From: an uncultured virus (IMG/VR IMGVR_UViG_3300005460_000001)
Taxonomy: Duplodnaviria; Heunggongvirae; Uroviricota; Caudoviricetes
DNA: 64,000 nucleotides
Direction: 5' to 3' (one strand)
Virus record (IMG/VR): IMGVR_UViG_3300005460_000001
Span: 62,001-126,000 of that record
Shown here: positions 59,885 to 64,000 of the stretch, piece by piece
Numbering within the stretch: the stretch's first letter is position 1
How the letters are laid out: every line of letters starts with the position of its first letter
The notes under the pieces: model-generated
What the model saw: only the letters and a program-made list of their open reading frames with translations
Told to the model about the DNA's origin: nothing
Databases searched by the model: none
Made by a program: the position numbers and the translations under genes

Positions 59885-60310
59885 CTAATCAAACCACTGG
59901 ATGTATAATCTACCGGTATTCAATGAGGTTGGGATTTCTTTACCGTAGCTTATCCAGTTTCTAATCATATTTTCCAATTCCACTTTAGTGGTGTTTATAA
60001 GGTTTCGTAAATCACTTATATCTTCATTAACTTCAGCACGAAGATTAAAAATATCTTGATTAAGATTTTGAATTTGCCTTCTTATACTATCTAGCAAATT
60101 ATCTATATCAGTAATACTATAATAATCGCTACTAATTGAAGTTTTTATTTGTTTAAAAGATACAGCTCTTGTCAAGCTATCTGTTGTGGATATCGCAAAT
60201 AAGTCTGTATCTCTTAAGGTTTGAACTTTAACCAGCTCATAAATTAACTTACCATCATATACTACTTGTGATGGAGTTTGACCTGTAGATAAATTTCTTA
60301 CATCAGGCAT
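59885..60310 (-). CDS. small coiled-coil tail-associated protein
   Basis: heptad region; C-terminal P..L..GRLYIQW. Confidence 0.6.
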   Translation of the reverse strand: MPDVRNLSTGQTPSQVVYDGKLIYELVKVQTLRDTDLFAISTTDSLTRAVSFKQIKTSISSDYYSITDIDNLLDSIRRQIQNLNQDIFNLRAEVNEDISDLRNLINTTKVELENMIRNWISYGKEIPTSLNTGRLYIQWFD

Positions 60311-60325
60311 TTATAATATCCTCCT

Positions 60326-61939
60326 TTACGAAATTTGTTGCCATACACCACTTCTGCGTTGTAACAATACATACTTATGCGGAGATAGTGTAACTGTAGC
60401 ACTTTCCAACTCCATATTATGCTGCGCATTTATCAGAGATCTATTAGAAGAAGACCTGACAGCAATAATTTGGCCATCGATTCCTCCGTCTATTCCAGTT
60501 ACATTAATCGTTGTATCTAAACATTGATTTTTCTTATCTTTAGTAAGATTGATTCTAGACGTGCTATTAGTTCTCTCTGTATACATAAGAGGGCTGTTAG
60601 AATCATATAACCTACCAGTTGCGTCTCCAGCTACTGTAAACAGATTAGCAGCGATATTCTCATCCCATAACACGTTAGAATATACTTCGCCAGCAAGGTC
60701 CCCGAACAAAGACGCAGATGCAATAGAAGAACCAAAAAGATTTCTTATTGTTCCGGATAATGTAACTACTCCGGTAGTAGAAGCCAAATCAATTGTTCTC
60801 TTACCAAATAAGAATAGATTCTCAACAAATGCTCTAACTTGAGAAGTCTGAGCACCAATATACAATGCATTATATAATCTATTCGCATCAGTTGTTCTCA
60901 CACCAGTGTAATCACGAATAGATATCAATTCCATATTACACAGTATATATGCAAGTATATAATTATTTGCAGAAGATGCTGTTCTCTCTACTCTAACTTT
61001 ATCAATCGAACACACATGAGCTTTGCCAGATGTATGACACTTATATCCATAAATGCCGTATCTTACATCAACAACAGTAATGTCACGAATAGATACATCA
61101 TTATTGTATTCACACCCCGCCGGAGTATCAGAATCTTTACTCACAGAATCTAGTACAATTCCATATTGAGTTATATTCTTCTCTCCGTACATAGACAGAT
61201 TGGTAAATACCACTCTAGAGCATTTAACTGTTATAGCTCTTGTCCTAATAGTATTAAACTTTATTCTATCTAGTACCACATCATTGCAGTTCAATATACT
61301 AATAGCAGTAGGATCAGCACCGATAGCATTAATAACAAAATTGCAAATCTTTAAGTAATTATTAGCCACACCAGATTTGCCAATTACAAATGCCTCACAA
61401 TACTTAGGAGTAATAGTACATCCATAACCATCAATATGGGTAGTACCAGCTTCTGTGACTGATAAGGCTTTCCTCACCACATAATTGCAATCAGGATTGA
61501 ACTGCACTCTCTTTCCAGAATCTATTGCAGCTTGAATAGCAGCAGAATCATCATGAGAGCCGTCTCCATATGCACCGAATTGATGCACATTTACTGTATC
61601 ATCTAAAAATATCACCGCTCTTAAAGTATCAGAATAAGATAAATAATGCACATATCTTTTATCTTCAACAACTCCAGGGTTGTATTCAATATGATATACT
61701 GAACCCCCTCCGTCTCCGGGTTCATAATATCCTAAGGTAGTGCATATATCACCCTCTACCAGTTGGTTATCAGAAGTTTTCATGTCCTCAACGCTGTCAA
61801 AGTACAGAGACTTTGCTGCTAAAGAACGAAGATTCTTTGCTTTTACTTTTCTTGTACCATCATCTGTCTCCGTTATGACATAATGATTACTATCAACCGT
61901 ATCTCTCTCAGTCAATTCTATAATTTTTACTTCTTCCAC
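60326..61939 (-). CDS. tailspike with pectate-lyase-like beta-helix
   Basis: TLGYYEPGDGGG and VNVHQFGAYGDG.HDDSAAIQAAID; AAGGAGG RBS before GTG 61939. Confidence 0.75.
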   Translation of the reverse strand: MEEVKIIELTERDTVDSNHYVITETDDGTRKVKAKNLRSLAAKSLYFDSVEDMKTSDNQLVEGDICTTLGYYEPGDGGGSVYHIEYNPGVVEDKRYVHYLSYSDTLRAVIFLDDTVNVHQFGAYGDGSHDDSAAIQAAIDSGKRVQFNPDCNYVVRKALSVTEAGTTHIDGYGCTITPKYCEAFVIGKSGVANNYLKICNFVINAIGADPTAISILNCNDVVLDRIKFNTIRTRAITVKCSRVVFTNLSMYGEKNITQYGIVLDSVSKDSDTPAGCEYNNDVSIRDITVVDVRYGIYGYKCHTSGKAHVCSIDKVRVERTASSANNYILAYILCNMELISIRDYTGVRTTDANRLYNALYIGAQTSQVRAFVENLFLFGKRTIDLASTTGVVTLSGTIRNLFGSSIASASLFGDLAGEVYSNVLWDENIAANLFTVAGDATGRLYDSNSPLMYTERTNSTSRINLTKDKKNQCLDTTINVTGIDGGIDGQIIAVRSSSNRSLINAQHNMELESATVTLSPHKYVLLQRRSGVWQQIS

Positions 61940-61956
61940 AGTATTGCCTCCTTTCT

Positions 61957-63795
61957 TTAACAATAGAAATCTAATGCTTTGAATATTTTATCAGCAATTA
62001 AATCATGACCAGTATCATTCAAATACAGCCTATCCTTAAGATAAACAGTAAAATTCATCTTATTAATCATAGAAGTAGAATGTAGATCCAAACATGGGAT
62101 ATGATTATATTCAGATATTTCAATCATAGCCTTACTAAAGTCCTTTAAAGTTCTTCCACCAACTAATGTATCATCGCTGTTGCGAATGTCATCAGCATTT
62201 AACCTAGCACGAAACAGAGGAGTCACTAATAAAATCTTTATGTCTGGCTTTTTCTCTAATAACTTCTTTATGCAAAGATTAATAGAACCTTTAAAAGACC
62301 TATCATTATTAGAATCATTATCTCCTATTACGGATAAAACTGTTCTATAATCATTAGAACCAGCCCACAAGATTGCGATGTCAGCATCGTCAACCCTTGC
62401 TGTTTCTATCTGTTGAATCACTGACCGCTCCGCTAATACTTCATCCTCATAATGACCAAATGTTGCATCTCCTAAGGCATGGTTATTTATATAAACTCCA
62501 TATCTGGATGATAGCAATGCTGGCCATGATTTAGAGGGTATATCTGTACTACCAAGACCAAAACATACTCCATCTCCGAAAAGATGAACCCTCTTACCTT
62601 CTAATCTAGACAATTTTGTAGATGAAACATTATACCATTCTGTATGGACTCTCTGACGAGAAGAATTATAATATGCATTGCATATAAATATCTCACACCT
62701 ATCTAATGTAATAGATTTAGCTTGATATTCTATTCTTTCTCCGTAATTTCTTACAGATACGGTAAAATCGTATTGATCATTCGGAAGATTCTTTGTTCCT
62801 CTTTTTACGTGATAGTCATTATCAATAACTAAATCAAATACATCAGTTATTTCCGGCTCCCCGGCATTTAGGAAAGCATCATTAATCATTTCTCTGGTGA
62901 TTCTGAAACTTTCTGTTATAGGATACACTTTACCGAATTTTGTAACTGCTATTCTGCTTAATAAGCATTTCCTTTCAAAATAGGGTCTTGTATCCTCTCC
63001 CTTATCATCCACATAATAAATCCTTTGGATTATATTATTATTTGGGCCAAAGTTAAGAACTTCAAGTAATCTCGGTTCCGGCTCATCGTCATCTTCTACA
63101 GTTGGTAATCCTTCTACTGTTGCTCCTAACAAATAGAGACCATCATCTACGAAAAGATTAATATTTCCCTCGGGAAAATGCCCACGGAATCTATATTGTC
63201 TGGAAAGTTTTGATGCGTTGATTGCCTTTGGAGCTATATCCTCTTGATTCCATCCTCCCTCTGGTACTGTAGCTATATCTATTGGTGTTGTTCCTACCAT
63301 CATAGATATTACTTTATAGGAAAGATTCTCAGGTTGAATCTTGTCTTCATCTGAACCAGTAGCAATATCAGCCCCAGTAATAGGAATCTGTATATCCCTT
63401 TTCGCATCTAATGCTTCCTTAATATTATTAGTTTCAGATAGGTCAGGAACGGTCTTTGCAAACTCATTGAGCATTTCTCTAACCTGTTCCGTATTACTGT
63501 AATTCTCTTTTATGCTTTTGATTTCCCCGGATAATTGTCCAAAATCTCTCTCCAATACGTTTTCATATTCTTGGAGAAGAGAATTAATATGAAAAGATGA
63601 AAATAACTTATGCTCGGACGGGTTATCTTTATCTGTTATCAAAGCATCCCTAAACTCTCGGAAAGTTATACGCTTAGTATTCTCTTCATCCTGAAACAAC
63701 AGTATATCAGAATCTTCAAGGTGAGACTCATGCAAAAGATCTGTTATAGCCAAAAGATTAAGTTGGTCTTTGTCTAACGTAGTTCCAATCGCCAT
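61957..63795 (-). CDS. tail-associated protein with C-terminal SGNH/GDSL-fold domain
   Basis: blocks FGDG, G, GSND, DRLYLN..GH; late promoter 63825-63836. Confidence 0.7.
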   Translation of the reverse strand: MAIGTTLDKDQLNLLAITDLLHESHLEDSDILLFQDEENTKRITFREFRDALITDKDNPSEHKLFSSFHINSLLQEYENVLERDFGQLSGEIKSIKENYSNTEQVREMLNEFAKTVPDLSETNNIKEALDAKRDIQIPITGADIATGSDEDKIQPENLSYKVISMMVGTTPIDIATVPEGGWNQEDIAPKAINASKLSRQYRFRGHFPEGNINLFVDDGLYLLGATVEGLPTVEDDDEPEPRLLEVLNFGPNNNIIQRIYYVDDKGEDTRPYFERKCLLSRIAVTKFGKVYPITESFRITREMINDAFLNAGEPEITDVFDLVIDNDYHVKRGTKNLPNDQYDFTVSVRNYGERIEYQAKSITLDRCEIFICNAYYNSSRQRVHTEWYNVSSTKLSRLEGKRVHLFGDGVCFGLGSTDIPSKSWPALLSSRYGVYINNHALGDATFGHYEDEVLAERSVIQQIETARVDDADIAILWAGSNDYRTVLSVIGDNDSNNDRSFKGSINLCIKKLLEKKPDIKILLVTPLFRARLNADDIRNSDDTLVGGRTLKDFSKAMIEISEYNHIPCLDLHSTSMINKMNFTVYLKDRLYLNDTGHDLIADKIFKALDFYC

Positions 63796-64000
63796 TATAC
63801 GTAAACTCCTTTCTATCACTAAATTAATATGATGTTTAGGGATGCTAATTTTAAGCTAATTATATCTCAAACCAACAAAACAGATTACACTAATATCAGC
63901 ATAGGTTCCATCAGTTAATAATAAGAAGGATCGTTTTGATAAACTCCATTTTTTACCAGTCGTGTCGTTATTACTATCTTCCATGCTGAATACTATTGGA

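Noticed and set aside
1..64000. Alternative genetic code, tRNAs, CRISPR, DGR, inteins, nucleus shell gene
   Set aside because: Genes are intact in the standard code with all three stops used; I recognised no cloverleaf, repeat-spacer array, reverse transcriptase, intein or shell protein by eye. Absence is not proven.

Overview
This 64-kb window is part of an AT-rich jumbo phage genome related to AR9/PBS1/phiKZ. The host is probably Clostridia/Lachnospiraceae-type, judging by cell-wall-binding and tail motifs. It encodes a terminase, a beta'-C subunit of a multisubunit non-virion RNA polymerase (nvRNAP), a split family-B DNA polymerase, an SF2 helicase, a prohead protease, a probable major capsid protein, a GroEL-like chaperonin, DHFR, ThyA, a guanylate kinase-like enzyme, a primase, collagen fibres and a tail/receptor-binding cluster. 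Main observations: (1) a short peptide motif G-M-x-Y, usually followed by acidic residues, recurs at termini or loops of many unrelated proteins including the RNAP, sigma-like factor, DNA polymerase and helicase (three tandem copies), and may be an undescribed docking or address tag; (2) the sigma-like nvRNAP subunit gene is split by two group I introns around an 18-nt micro-exon; (3) at least 16 AR9-type late promoters (AACA-N6-TA) occur although the phage encodes ThyA and DHFR; (4) G/C homopolymer tracts frameshift several small tail-associated genes just after their starts, consistent with phase variation; (5) there is a candidate late structured sRNA; (6) one gene cassette is flanked by 34-bp direct repeats. 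All family assignments come from motifs recognised by eye; no database searches were run.
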